Assembly (NCBI GenBank): GCA_965217895.1
Contig: CBDCJV010000002.1
Location: 4,896,001 to 4,960,000 of the forward strand
Direction: 5' to 3'
Length of the DNA: 64,000 nucleotides
Source: Waterburya sp.
Lineage (GTDB): Bacteria > Cyanobacteriota > Cyanobacteriia > Cyanobacteriales > Xenococcaceae
Each line of letters begins with the position of its first letter. Within the stretch, counting starts at the first letter, position 1. A model generated the notes under the pieces. The model worked only from the letters and a program-made list of their open reading frames with translations. It did not search any database and was not told the origin of the DNA. Of this stretch, positions 28,655 through 38,963 are shown piece by piece. The position numbers were made by a program, and so were the translations under genes.

Positions 28655-28752
28655 AAAATTGCTACAGATGCGATCGCCTGAATAGTTCTAATCATTTCCT
28701 GCCTATATTAGCCAAAATAATTGTTTTCTACTGAAATTATTGAGCAAAATGT

Positions 28753-29397
28753 TTAAACAGAAAGAGATCTAACTGTTTCTTTGTCTAGATTTAGATAGAT
28801 GTAATCTTCATCCATACGAGCGATCGCCGACATGGGTAAGGTTAATTCTTTTTTGTGCCATAAATGCCCTTCTTCTAGTACTAGATGGGTAATGTGTCGA
28901 TCCTGGGGATCGAGCAAAAATTCTTCTATCCGCCCAATATGCCCATCTGTGGCTTCTACTGATGCGCCTCTGTGGATCGCTATCTCCCCAGCAGGAATTA
29001 TTTCCTCTTCTACTGGCATAGAAAATATATCTGTACTCATATCTCCGCCCATAGTTGGATCGGACCACATCAAATAAGAAGTGCGATCGGCGATCGCTTT
29101 GTCGCTAAAGTCTTCTAACGCTTCATACTTATAGGTAACAGGATTGAGGAAACGCATTTCGGTAAAGGGAGGCATAGCAGCCAATTCCTCTTTAGTGCAG
29201 CCTAAGGCAATAGATTCGGGGGTAGTTCTCACAACTTGGTCAATCGATACCAAATGTTTACGAGACTCCAACAAGTTAGAAACTTTGACTACAAAGTGAG
29301 TTACTTTTTGACTGTTACGCTCAACGATTACATGAGTTGATTTGCCGCATTCACCATCAACGCAGACAACTTTCGCATCTAAAGAAATTTCTTTCAT
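28753..29397 (-). CDS. PRC-barrel domain protein
   Basis: Two PRC-like repeats (VVCVDGECG; VEATDGHIGRIEE...ITHLV). Confidence 0.8.
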   Translation of the reverse strand: MKEISLDAKVVCVDGECGKSTHVIVERNSQKVTHFVVKVSNLLESRKHLVSIDQVVRTTPESIALGCTKEELAAMPPFTEMRFLNPVTYKYEALEDFSDKAIADRTSYLMWSDPTMGGDMSTDIFSMPVEEEIIPAGEIAIHRGASVEATDGHIGRIEEFLLDPQDRHITHLVLEEGHLWHKKELTLPMSAIARMDEDYIYLNLDKETVRSLSV

Positions 29398-29673
29398 TTT
29401 CCTTACCGAACTTTTAATGCCTGAGTATATTGTGGCACAATTAATAAAACTACTGATGTACCAAAAATCTTTTTCTTAAATCGTAAATAACCTTCTCTAG
29501 ATACCAGCTTTCCAACTTCCCTGGATGTGTATATCTTTCGAGGTTGATGAGTTTTTTAGCTATATCTTCTTCATTACCAGCTTCACCATACAGCAAGAGC
29601 CATAGTTCTCATTAAATCTATGCCGAGTTCAGTTAGCCAAAACTAAGATTGCACGATTATTTACAGCTTTGAT

Positions 29674-30468
29674 TTATTCTGTGTCAATCACAAAACTATT
29701 TGCCTCCATAATTTGATAGAAATTAATATCTGATTCAACTAAGCAAGCATGACCACTATGAGGTAAAGTGACTGCTGCTGCCTGGGGAAAAATCATTGCC
29801 AAATGTTTAACCTCTTCCACCGAAGGCAAAATTAAGTCTTTCTCACTACCGATTAACAAGACTGGTTGAGTTATCTGCCGTAGTTTGGTTTCATCAATGG
29901 TAAATTCTCGCATCATTGTCAAACGTTGTTGAGCAGTTTGTTTAGGAGCAGATTTAATTGTCTCTTTTAAGCCTTGACGAGCTTGAGGTGTAAGGTGACT
30001 AATGGGAGCCAAAAACGGTAGAGAAAGCCAGGCAGAATGATTATAAAAAAAGTCTGGCGTTAGGGGAAATAACAGCGAGCCAAAATTAAGCCAGGGAACT
30101 CGATGAAATGAAGAGGCGGGGTTGACTAAAACAATTCCTTTAAACAAGTCAGGTGCTTGCAGCAGCATTTTAAGTGCTACACAACCGCCAAATGATTCCC
30201 CACAAAGATAGACAGGACGTTCAGGAGTTTTCGCTAATTCGGCTTCGGTAAGAGCCAATGCCGACTCTGCCAAAAGATCGAAATCATCGATATCTTCGGG
30301 AGGAATGACAAAACAGCGCACGTCAAAGCCAGCTTCTAAACTATCTGTTTGCAACGACATCAAGTCTTTTCCTGTTTCATCTAATCCTGGTAAAAAAATT
30401 AACAGGGGAAGATTTGGTTTACTTGCTTGAGGATTAAAAAAGTAAGCATCGTGTTGGAGTTCGGGCAT
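29674..30468 (-). CDS. alpha/beta fold hydrolase
   Basis: FLPGLD, GESFGG nucleophile elbow, SGHACL. Confidence 0.9.
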   Translation of the reverse strand: MPELQHDAYFFNPQASKPNLPLLIFLPGLDETGKDLMSLQTDSLEAGFDVRCFVIPPEDIDDFDLLAESALALTEAELAKTPERPVYLCGESFGGCVALKMLLQAPDLFKGIVLVNPASSFHRVPWLNFGSLLFPLTPDFFYNHSAWLSLPFLAPISHLTPQARQGLKETIKSAPKQTAQQRLTMMREFTIDETKLRQITQPVLLIGSEKDLILPSVEEVKHLAMIFPQAAAVTLPHSGHACLVESDINFYQIMEANSFVIDTE

Positions 30469-30544
30469 AACTAGATTAATTAAGTAAACAAAGAGTAATG
30501 CTTCACTTTCCTAACGCCTAAAATTCTTGAAAAATTCCCTAAGA

Positions 30545-31276
30545 TTATTCAATCAAATTTTGCTGGACTGCAATCATATCTCGACCAACTTTAAGATAAG
30601 AATAGCCCTTTGAAGCAAGAACATCTCCGCATTCTACGGTTTGTTCGGGCAAAAGATGAACATACTCAAAGTTAATTAGATCTGGTAGTAAGCCTGATTG
30701 AAACGCCATCTTCAAAACTTCGTAATCAAATCCCTCAGTATCTATTTGTAGAAGATTGACGTGCTGAAGAGAATGTTTTTTTAACAGGGAATTAATCGTC
30801 ATTGCAGGCACTTCGATTGTTTCGATAAATTCCTCGATATTAGAAATTACGGGCTTGTTTTTGAGAATAATATTGCGATCAAAGCTGGCAAGTTGCCTAA
30901 CATATTTAGGCAGTGATTCATCTTCAATAACCCGATACATTGTTGCAACACCATTTTCGTTAGCGATCGCACAGTTTTCTGGGACTATATTTGGTATACT
31001 CTCATATGTATTTGTCAGCTCTTGATATAGACTTGGCAAAGGTTCGACTAAAATGCCAGACCAATTTCCCTCTGCAATGATCGAATGTACTGGGTCATCA
31101 CTCTTGCCATCATTAGCACCAATTTGAACAATAGTTGGTTGAGTAGTATTCCCGTACAATTGTTTGACTAATAGTTTTAGTACGTTAATATTTTTTTCGG
31201 GAAATTCGCGAATTCGTTGAAGATTATAACCATTTTTCCAGAGTACCGACTGAACTATCTCTTTGACTAATTTCAT
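30545..31276 (-). CDS. FkbM family methyltransferase
   Basis: VQIGANDG, VEPLP, LQIDTEGFD. Confidence 0.9.
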   Translation of the reverse strand: MKLVKEIVQSVLWKNGYNLQRIREFPEKNINVLKLLVKQLYGNTTQPTIVQIGANDGKSDDPVHSIIAEGNWSGILVEPLPSLYQELTNTYESIPNIVPENCAIANENGVATMYRVIEDESLPKYVRQLASFDRNIILKNKPVISNIEEFIETIEVPAMTINSLLKKHSLQHVNLLQIDTEGFDYEVLKMAFQSGLLPDLINFEYVHLLPEQTVECGDVLASKGYSYLKVGRDMIAVQQNLIE

Positions 31277-31379
31277 GTTGTATAATCTCTAACTTTTATT
31301 GGTGAACTAAATTTCAGATATAGTGTAAAAATTTTCTTACAATAAAGGAAAGCAGCGTTCTTGGTAAAGAATTTTTATA

Positions 31380-32153
31380 TTACTGTTCTTGATAGTTCCA
31401 TAGCAAACCTCCATCAACATAAAAAGTTGAGCCTGTGATATATCTAGCTTCATCGGATGCCAAGAACGCTACAAGTCCAGAAACATCTTCAGGTTCTCCC
31501 AAACGTCCCAAGGGGATATTTTTGGTGACTTTTGCTAGCAGTTCGGGATTGTTGAGCAGGTTGTGATTGATAGGAGTTGCGATCGCGCCTGGGGCAACAT
31601 TATTAATTGTAATGCCCATCGATCCTAGTTCTACTGCTAAATTACGCATAATCATTTTGACCCCGCCTTTGCTAGCACAATAGGAAGTAAAGTGAGGAAA
31701 AGGTAGCTCTTCGTGGACAGAGCTAATGTTAATAATTTTGCCTTTATTACTAGTTGCTCGAAAATGCTTAACTACGGCTTGAGTAGCAAAAAATACTGCT
31801 TTGAGATTGACGTTTAATACTAAGTCATAATCTGCTTCGGTTACATCCCAAAAGTCGGCTCGTTTTTCTAAACCTGCATTGTTGACTAAAATATCTACCT
31901 TGCCAAAATGATCGATACCTTGCTGAACTAGATTGTTAATGTGATCGACTTTACTTAGATCTGCCTGGATGATTAGACCTTCAGAGCCAGCTTGTTCGAT
32001 CTTTTGTTTAACTTTCTCGGCTTCTTCAGAGTGAGTGTGATAATCAACTACAATCTTTGCTCCTTCTTGTGCCAAACGCTGACAGATGCTTTGTCCTAAA
32101 CCACCGCTACCGCCAGTGACAATTGCCACCTTTGCTTCTAGTTTCATGATCAA
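31380..32153 (-). CDS. glucose 1-dehydrogenase-type SDR
   Basis: TGGSGGLG, NNAG, NISSVHE..P.P....YCASKGG, PGAIATPIN. Confidence 0.85.
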   Translation of the reverse strand: MIMKLEAKVAIVTGGSGGLGQSICQRLAQEGAKIVVDYHTHSEEAEKVKQKIEQAGSEGLIIQADLSKVDHINNLVQQGIDHFGKVDILVNNAGLEKRADFWDVTEADYDLVLNVNLKAVFFATQAVVKHFRATSNKGKIINISSVHEELPFPHFTSYCASKGGVKMIMRNLAVELGSMGITINNVAPGAIATPINHNLLNNPELLAKVTKNIPLGRLGEPEDVSGLVAFLASDEARYITGSTFYVDGGLLWNYQEQ

Positions 32154-32185
32154 CCTCGTTTAATTTGATTTAGATTGTCCGTTGC

Positions 32186-32800
32186 TTACCAAAAAGTTAA
32201 ATTAGGAAACAGTATGGCATCTATAGAATATAGTCCTGGTCCAAATACCGCAATCAGCATCATGATTAAAACGTAAATAAAGGCTTTTTCCATACTCGGC
32301 CCTTCGCCTTTACCATGTGGTCCTTTATAATAGTCGGGAGGATTCAAGTAAGGATCGCGGGCAACAAAGGGTTTGCCTGCCTTAATGTGTAGCACTAGAG
32401 CAAATGCCATCGAGCCTAAAATGCCGATGCTAGCTAGTAGAGTTAGAAAACCAGCAATTAAGCAGAAGCCGCCAAAAAACATGGTTGCTGCACCGATAAA
32501 ACAGAGAAATATCGGCATATTATTAAGTGACTTAGACCACTGCTTGAGGTGAGTCAACTTGGGATAGCCGTGCATTACAAAGATAATACCCATGCTAACC
32601 CGAAAAATTAGCAAAATTATGCTTTTAAATACTCCTGGGAAACTATCACTAGGATAGATTAAAGCAAATGAACTTGTAGCAGATAGGGCAGGAATTTTTA
32701 ATAAGATGCCGCTAGTTATCAAAAAAGCAACTACAGCAATTACAGCATAAATAAATTTGCTGATAAATTTGTTCATTATTTTCCAATTTTTAATATTCAA
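32186..32800 (-). CDS. DoxX family membrane protein
   Basis: RVSMGIIFVMHGYPKL, GPGLYSID. Confidence 0.85.
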   Translation of the reverse strand: MNIKNWKIMNKFISKFIYAVIAVVAFLITSGILLKIPALSATSSFALIYPSDSFPGVFKSIILLIFRVSMGIIFVMHGYPKLTHLKQWSKSLNNMPIFLCFIGAATMFFGGFCLIAGFLTLLASIGILGSMAFALVLHIKAGKPFVARDPYLNPPDYYKGPHGKGEGPSMEKAFIYVLIMMLIAVFGPGLYSIDAILFPNLTFW

Positions 32801-33705
32801 GGTACTTGTACACCTCTTGTATTAAGGTCGATCGCATACAAAGAGGTTTTAGCCGTAATAAACAGGCGGTTTTTCTCTTCACCGCCAAAAGTAAGGTTAG
32901 TACATACTTCTGGCACGAATATTTTACCCAAGCAAGTACCGTCAGGAGCGTATACCTGTATACTATCGGCAGAACTGGTAAAAATATTGCCTTCTACATC
33001 AACGCGAAATCCATCGGGTTCTCCAGGCTCGATGGTGGCGAAAACTCGACCTTCTTTTACATAGCGGTTTTCTGTCACTTCATAGACGCGAATATCATGA
33101 TGTTGCTGAGGATGTTCGGCAGCAGAAGTATCCGATACATATAGCAAACTTTCATCGGGACTAAATGCCAGTCCGTTAGGTTTTTCCATCTCCTTAATCA
33201 CCGCATCTATTTCTCCCGTAGCAGGATCGAAACGATAGATAAAATCCCCAGCTTGTTCTTGTTCGCCCCCGTACCCTTGGTCTTCGTGAGTGATCCCGAA
33301 AGTCGGGTCTGTAAACCAGATCGTCCCATCGCTTTTTACTACTAAGTCATTGGGACTGTTAAAGCGTAGACCCCAGGCGCGATCTATCAAAACTCGCCAC
33401 TCACCATCTGCTTCGCGCCGAACAATTGCTCGTTGACCTTGAGAACAGGAAACAAGACGACCCTCGAGGTCACGATAGTTACCACTTTGATAGTGGGATG
33501 GCTGACGAATAATGCTGTTGCCATCAGTCGGACTCCAGCGCAACAGACGGTTATCGTGGGCATCACTCCAAATTATGCTGTCATCCTCATGGAAATAAAC
33601 AGGTCCTTCTCCATGAACCGTTCCATCCGTAAGCTTTTGCAGGGTAGCACCCCGACGCAACAGAGGTTTAAGGCGATCGTCATAAATTTCAATACCTTCA
33701 GGCAT
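32797..33705 (-). CDS. SMP-30/gluconolactonase family protein
   Basis: EGPVY, NSPNDLVV, FTDP, PNGLAFSPDE, PDGFRVD. Confidence 0.92.
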   Translation of the reverse strand: MPEGIEIYDDRLKPLLRRGATLQKLTDGTVHGEGPVYFHEDDSIIWSDAHDNRLLRWSPTDGNSIIRQPSHYQSGNYRDLEGRLVSCSQGQRAIVRREADGEWRVLIDRAWGLRFNSPNDLVVKSDGTIWFTDPTFGITHEDQGYGGEQEQAGDFIYRFDPATGEIDAVIKEMEKPNGLAFSPDESLLYVSDTSAAEHPQQHHDIRVYEVTENRYVKEGRVFATIEPGEPDGFRVDVEGNIFTSSADSIQVYAPDGTCLGKIFVPEVCTNLTFGGEEKNRLFITAKTSLYAIDLNTRGVQVP

Positions 33706-33740
33706 AATAAGTCAACCTTATTAGCAATAATTTTCCAGAT

Positions 33741-34187
33741 TTAAGCAAAGTCACCAGGTTGTGCAGCTAGCCATTTCTTATCTTTTAGCTGCACTACCAT
33801 TAATACTGCTGGCTCATCACCTACCGTACCCGATAGATGACCTTTATGTCCTTTTTCATTGGGTTTTGTGTTTTGATCGCCACCAAAAGAAACCTCCCCA
33901 GCACCCATTTCGACCCTCGTACCGTCCGTTGTCTCGACAAACCATTTACCAGACAGAGGTACGATCCACTGAGGCTTAGGATTTTCATGCCACTCACCCA
34001 CCCAGCCAACTGGCTGGGTGGTAAATAATATCTCTGCGTCACTAGTAAGCAAATGGTCATTCCATTGGGGATCTGCACCGCCACCCATGCTTTCTTTGGC
34101 AAAATTAGTCAATTCACATTGGGTTTGATGACTAATACCATCTTCGTCTGTCCACACGTGCCAGTATTTTATCTTTGGTTTGCTCAT
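33741..34187 (-). CDS. cupin domain protein
   Basis: DEDGISH, WHENPKPQW, GHLSG. Confidence 0.8.
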   Translation of the reverse strand: MSKPKIKYWHVWTDEDGISHQTQCELTNFAKESMGGGADPQWNDHLLTSDAEILFTTQPVGWVGEWHENPKPQWIVPLSGKWFVETTDGTRVEMGAGEVSFGGDQNTKPNEKGHKGHLSGTVGDEPAVLMVVQLKDKKWLAAQPGDFA

Positions 34188-34394
34188 GTTTTTTTAGCTT
34201 TTTTATGATGAATAAAATAACAACGCGAGGTTATAACAGTGCTTCCTGTTTAAGCCTTTTTATGGATTGATTGTATTTAGGAAAGGTCTACGTAAGTTGC
34301 GCTCTTGTTCTTTTTTCTTTGCCCTTTGCCCCTTAATCTTATAGACCGATTGACACCTATTAAACAAGAAGTATTGGAGGTTATAGTACCTGAC

Positions 34395-35354
34395 TTATGT
34401 AGGCATCAGTTGCTGAAGTTTCTCTGGTTCTTCTCCCAGCCAATCAGGATTTTGAGCAGTGCTGTCAAAAATTGAAGAGGTTTTGAATGGCTCAAATTCT
34501 CCTTTCGCTCCTGCCTGTGCCGTTTTATCTAATAACGATTGTACCTGTTGTTCGTCCATTGGCTCAAAGCTACTTACGGCTTCAAATGCTTGGTCGAGAA
34601 TTTCGAGACTGTCAATTCCAGTAATTACCACTGAAGTAGGTAAATTGAGAGCATAATGCAGACACTCGATGGGAGTAGCAGTATTAGAGCGTAAAAGTAT
34701 ACCGTTTGCCATCGTTTTCATCGCCAAAATCCCAATATTTTGTTTAACTAATTCTGGAACAACTAACTTAGCAAAGCTACGGTAATGAGCATCCATTACA
34801 TTTAAGGGCATTTGAACTGTATCAAACTTAAAGTCGTTTTCGGCTGCCACTTTGAGCATATGTAAATGAATTTGGGGATCTTTATGTCCCGTAAAGCCGA
34901 TATATCGCAGCTTGCCAGCTTCTTTGGCTTCAATAAAAGCTGCATGAGCGCCTTGTTCGTCAAATACTCTGTGGGGGTCTTCGTAGCGGATAATTTCGTG
35001 ATACTGGATGAGATCGATGTAATCTACTTGATGACGCTGTAAAGATTCGTCTATCTGTTTGGCAGCTTCTTTTTTCGAGCGACCATCAATTTTGGTCATC
35101 AAAAACACTTTTTCTCGATAGCCGTCACGAAGAGCTTTGCCCATGCGTTGCTCACTGATTCCATCATTGTAATCCCAACTATTATCCATAAAAGTGATAC
35201 CGCGATCAATCGCTGTACGAACAATTCGGATACCTAGCTGCTCATCAACGTTTGGCAAGCCGATATGCCAACCGCCCAGTCCAATAGCTGAAACCTGTTC
35301 TCCTGTGCTACCAAGCTCTCGATATAGCATTTGTGATTGATTATTAGCTGACAT
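34395..35354 (-). CDS. aldo/keto reductase
   Basis: YRELGSTG..VSAIGLG, DNSWDY, FLMTK, RYIGFTGH. Confidence 0.92.
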   Translation of the reverse strand: MSANNQSQMLYRELGSTGEQVSAIGLGGWHIGLPNVDEQLGIRIVRTAIDRGITFMDNSWDYNDGISEQRMGKALRDGYREKVFLMTKIDGRSKKEAAKQIDESLQRHQVDYIDLIQYHEIIRYEDPHRVFDEQGAHAAFIEAKEAGKLRYIGFTGHKDPQIHLHMLKVAAENDFKFDTVQMPLNVMDAHYRSFAKLVVPELVKQNIGILAMKTMANGILLRSNTATPIECLHYALNLPTSVVITGIDSLEILDQAFEAVSSFEPMDEQQVQSLLDKTAQAGAKGEFEPFKTSSIFDSTAQNPDWLGEEPEKLQQLMPT

Positions 35355-35412
35355 TTTTTTCCTTTTAATTTATTTTTGTACTCGGACTGAATTGGGTATG
35401 TTTAAGAGTAAT

Positions 35413-36360
35413 TTAAACAGTGATTAACATCATTGCGTGTCCATTAGGATCTTTGACGATGCAAGCTTGAGAATAAGGATAGGAGTCGGGAAACTGGATG
35501 ATTTTAGGTGAAATAACTTTAACTCCGTTTTCTTTTAGAGTATTTATTGCTCCTTCGATATCCTCAACTACAAGCTGTACCTGCATAGATGCAATATCGT
35601 AACTTTGCCAATCATCGGCAAAGGGACGACCTGTTCCAGGGACGATGTAATCGAGTAATTCTATGCCCAAACCTTTTTGTTTGGGTCGCGTTCCTGTTAC
35701 TCGTACTTTAGCTTCTGGCAAACCATCGAGATGAGCCTGAATTTCGCCAGAGTTGATATTGCTTTCTTCAACCTCCATCCCTAAAAGATCTCGATAAAAT
35801 TTGAGACTTTGTTCCGTATCGGCTACAGCGATCGCAGTATGGTCGATGCCTAAAAATAATTCTTCGGTATTTTGTCGCCACTTTTCTTTGCTAAGCTCAG
35901 GTGGAAACCAAATTATTTCTAAATCGTGACCGTCTGGGTCTTTAAACTTGAAGGCACGTATGCCATTCGGAAGAGTTTGCAGTTTACTAGAAATCGGCTC
36001 GATCTCAAAAGATGTTACACGATCGTAGGCGCGATCTATATCACTTACTACAATTGCCATGTGCTGAAACCACAGGTCATTACTCTGGGAATCAGTCGGA
36101 ATGGGTTTTCCCTCGATATCGAGATATTCGATAAGCTCGATCAGTTCATCCCCAAGCTGCAATGTAACAAGGCGAATTTTGGTCGGTTTGATCCCTGCTA
36201 GTTCGCTGTAGTAACTTTCTTCAACCGTGAGATCGTCAATTAGCTTAAAGGAAAATGCTTGAGTATAAAATGAAAGCGATCGCTCTGCATCACTTACTGT
36301 TGAGCTTATAGCTCGAACTTTTTGTACCTGAACGTTGTTGGTGCGGGTTAAGGTCGTCAT
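35413..36360 (-). CDS. VOC/glyoxalase family protein (two domains)
   Basis: QHMAIVV, DPDGHDLE, DHTAIAV, DPNGH. Confidence 0.88.
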   Translation of the reverse strand: MTTLTRTNNVQVQKVRAISSTVSDAERSLSFYTQAFSFKLIDDLTVEESYYSELAGIKPTKIRLVTLQLGDELIELIEYLDIEGKPIPTDSQSNDLWFQHMAIVVSDIDRAYDRVTSFEIEPISSKLQTLPNGIRAFKFKDPDGHDLEIIWFPPELSKEKWRQNTEELFLGIDHTAIAVADTEQSLKFYRDLLGMEVEESNINSGEIQAHLDGLPEAKVRVTGTRPKQKGLGIELLDYIVPGTGRPFADDWQSYDIASMQVQLVVEDIEGAINTLKENGVKVISPKIIQFPDSYPYSQACIVKDPNGHAMMLITV

Positions 36361-36514
36361 TGCTCAATCTCCAATTTAAAAAGCTAATAGCTAATAGCGC
36401 GAAAGCTTCGCTTTCCAGTCGTCTTACGACAATCTGAGCCTTCGGCTTTGCGCTACAATTTGCGCTAAGAACAGATTACTTTTTTTTCATACCTAAAATT
36501 AGCAACGCCAAAGA

Positions 36515-37423
36515 TTACACTGGCATCTGACCGCCAGTGATCCCCATGACCTCACCAGTAATATAACTTGATTCTTGAGAAGCAAGCAGTACATAGAGAG
36601 GAGCAACTTCTGCTGGCTGACCAGGACGTTTAAAGGCTGTACTAGAGCCAAACTTCTCTATTTTATCTTGAGGTTGTCCTCCGCTAGATTGTAGAGGAGT
36701 CCAGAAAGGTCCTGGTGCGACTGCATTGACCCTAATCCCTTTTTCGGCTACCTGCTGTGCGAGTGCTTTGGTGAACGCTACAATCGATGATTTGGTAGGG
36801 GCATAGTCTAGTAGAGATGCCGATGGATCGAATGCCTGGATAGAAGTGGTATTAATAATCGCTGCTCCCGCATCCAGATGAGGCAAAGCAGCTTTACAAA
36901 TCCAAAACAAAGCGTACACATTTACTTTAAAAGTATTGTTAAACTGCTCGGTAGTAAGCTCCTCGATCGATTTTTGTGCAGTTTGCCGACCAGCGTTATT
37001 GACCAGAATGTCTAGTCCGCCCAACTGCCCAACGGCTTTTTCTACTAAAGTTTTACAGAAGCTTTCGTCTGAAATATCGCCAGGAATGGCAACGGCTTTT
37101 CTACCATCTGCTTCAATCAGCTCGACCACTTCCTGCGCGTTTGATTCCTCACTATCGAGGTAGTTAATGGCTACATCTGCGCCTTCTCTGGCATAGGCAA
37201 TAGCAACAGCACGACCAATACCAGAATCTCCTCCAGTGATCAGAGCCTTTCTTCCTTCTAGCCGACCAAAACCTTGATAGCTGGTTTCTCCATGATCGGG
37301 AACAGGATCCATCCGATCCGTAGAGCCAGGTCTGTCCTGTGGCTGTCGGGGAAAGGGTGGTTTTGGATATTGTTCGAGTGGATTTTGCTTAGTATACTGA
37401 TTGACTGTTTTTGTATTGTTCAT
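36515..37423 (-). CDS. SDR oxidoreductase (YghA/general-stress type)
   Basis: [32 protein letters not shown]. Confidence 0.9.
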   Translation of the reverse strand: MNNTKTVNQYTKQNPLEQYPKPPFPRQPQDRPGSTDRMDPVPDHGETSYQGFGRLEGRKALITGGDSGIGRAVAIAYAREGADVAINYLDSEESNAQEVVELIEADGRKAVAIPGDISDESFCKTLVEKAVGQLGGLDILVNNAGRQTAQKSIEELTTEQFNNTFKVNVYALFWICKAALPHLDAGAAIINTTSIQAFDPSASLLDYAPTKSSIVAFTKALAQQVAEKGIRVNAVAPGPFWTPLQSSGGQPQDKIEKFGSSTAFKRPGQPAEVAPLYVLLASQESSYITGEVMGITGGQMPV

Positions 37424-37474
37424 AATAATGCTGTTCTTGTAGTTTTGAAAAAAATTGGTCTTAGTTTAAGCTAG

Positions 37475-37741
37475 TCAATTTCGTAAACCTTTAAACCAAA
37501 GCCAAATACCTGCTCCTGCCATAATTAATAAGGCAAGAGCATTATAAAACGGATAAAAAGAACTCAAGTCGATAGCCCCAAATTTACCTGTATGGATATC
37601 TATCAACCATCCATATTGTTTATCTTTTCCTGCTAAATCCGCTAAATGGAAAAGTCCACCTGTTATTGGAGTCAGGATTAAGGGAATAATTACAAAGGGA
37701 GCAAGGCTATATTTGATCTTTTTTAGACGACTGGCGCGCAT
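37475..37741 (-). CDS. small PepSY-associated-like membrane protein
   Basis: Two TM helices with WLIDIHTG loop. Confidence 0.6.
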   Translation of the reverse strand: MRASRLKKIKYSLAPFVIIPLILTPITGGLFHLADLAGKDKQYGWLIDIHTGKFGAIDLSSFYPFYNALALLIMAGAGIWLWFKGLRN

Positions 37742-37777
37742 ATTTAGTTACGATAATTTGCTTTAAGCTATTATCTC

Positions 37778-38656
37778 TTAAGCTGATAACTGTCCGCCAG
37801 TTACGTCATAAAGTGCGCCTGTTACAAAGCTACTGTCAGAACTACCTAAGAAAACATAAGCTGGAGCTAATTCTTCTGGTTGAGCAGTACGCTTAATGAT
37901 ACCATCGCTATCGTAGTTATCTACTTGCTTAGCAGTCATTGTCGCGGGAATATTAGGAGTCCAGACGGGCCCTGGTACTACAGAATTAACCCGAATACCG
38001 CGATCGCCTAAGTTTAATGCCAAAGATTTGGTGAAAGTATGGACTGCACCTTTAGAGGTGGCATAATCAATCAGAAAGTTTTTACCCATTTTGCCGACAA
38101 TGCTACCAGTATTGATAATCACATCACCTTCTTCTAAATGAGGTAGAGCAGCCTTAACCATGTAAAAATAGCCGAAGACGTTAGTTTCCATCGTGCGACG
38201 AAACTGTTCTAAGGTAATGTCTTCAAACTTTTTCTGCACCATTTGGTAAGCAGCATTATTGATCAGAATGTTTAACTTACCAAAGCGATCGACTACTTGC
38301 TTAATCGCCGATTCACAATCTTCATAGTTGCGAACGTCACCTTTAATTACCAGACAGTCTTTATTGCCAATGTCTTTAACCATTTTTTTTGTCTTTTCCG
38401 CATCACCGTCATTTTCGTTGTAGAAGATGGCTACTTCTCCTCCTTCCATGGCATAGGCGATCGCTACGGCGCGACCGATTCCAGAGTCTGCACCAGTAAT
38501 AAATGCTACTTTCCCCTTGAGTTTTCCTGCGGGAGAGTAGTTAGACAGATCGCTATCTGGCTGAGGAGTCATATCTGCTTGGGATGCAGGATATTCCAAT
38601 TGCTGTGGGGGAATATCATCGGGAGTTGGACGACGTTCTTGTTTTTCTGTTACCAT
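37778..38656 (-). CDS. SDR oxidoreductase (general-stress type)
   Basis: TGADSGIGRA, YATSK, PGPVWTP. Confidence 0.9.
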   Translation of the reverse strand: MVTEKQERRPTPDDIPPQQLEYPASQADMTPQPDSDLSNYSPAGKLKGKVAFITGADSGIGRAVAIAYAMEGGEVAIFYNENDGDAEKTKKMVKDIGNKDCLVIKGDVRNYEDCESAIKQVVDRFGKLNILINNAAYQMVQKKFEDITLEQFRRTMETNVFGYFYMVKAALPHLEEGDVIINTGSIVGKMGKNFLIDYATSKGAVHTFTKSLALNLGDRGIRVNSVVPGPVWTPNIPATMTAKQVDNYDSDGIIKRTAQPEELAPAYVFLGSSDSSFVTGALYDVTGGQLSA

Positions 38657-38963
38657 CTTTCATTTCTCCGTTTTTGATTAAGTATTTGTAGTAATTAAGC
38701 CTTCATACCAGTTGCTAAGGCGCGAATTATGTAGTTGATAATTTCGCTTTTCTACGAGCAAAACTTAATTTAGATAACTATTAGTTTTATTTAATTCTTT
38801 AACCAGTCAGCAATCCTCCCTCAAAAGATATACCTTGGCATTATTAAGAAAGATTAAATTTTTGAATCATATTTTTTAGTTATAGATAAATCGCATTACT
38901 AGAATTTACCTACACAAAGCTTAATAGTAACTAACTCTAAGGATAGAGGCTTAAGGGGCAGTT

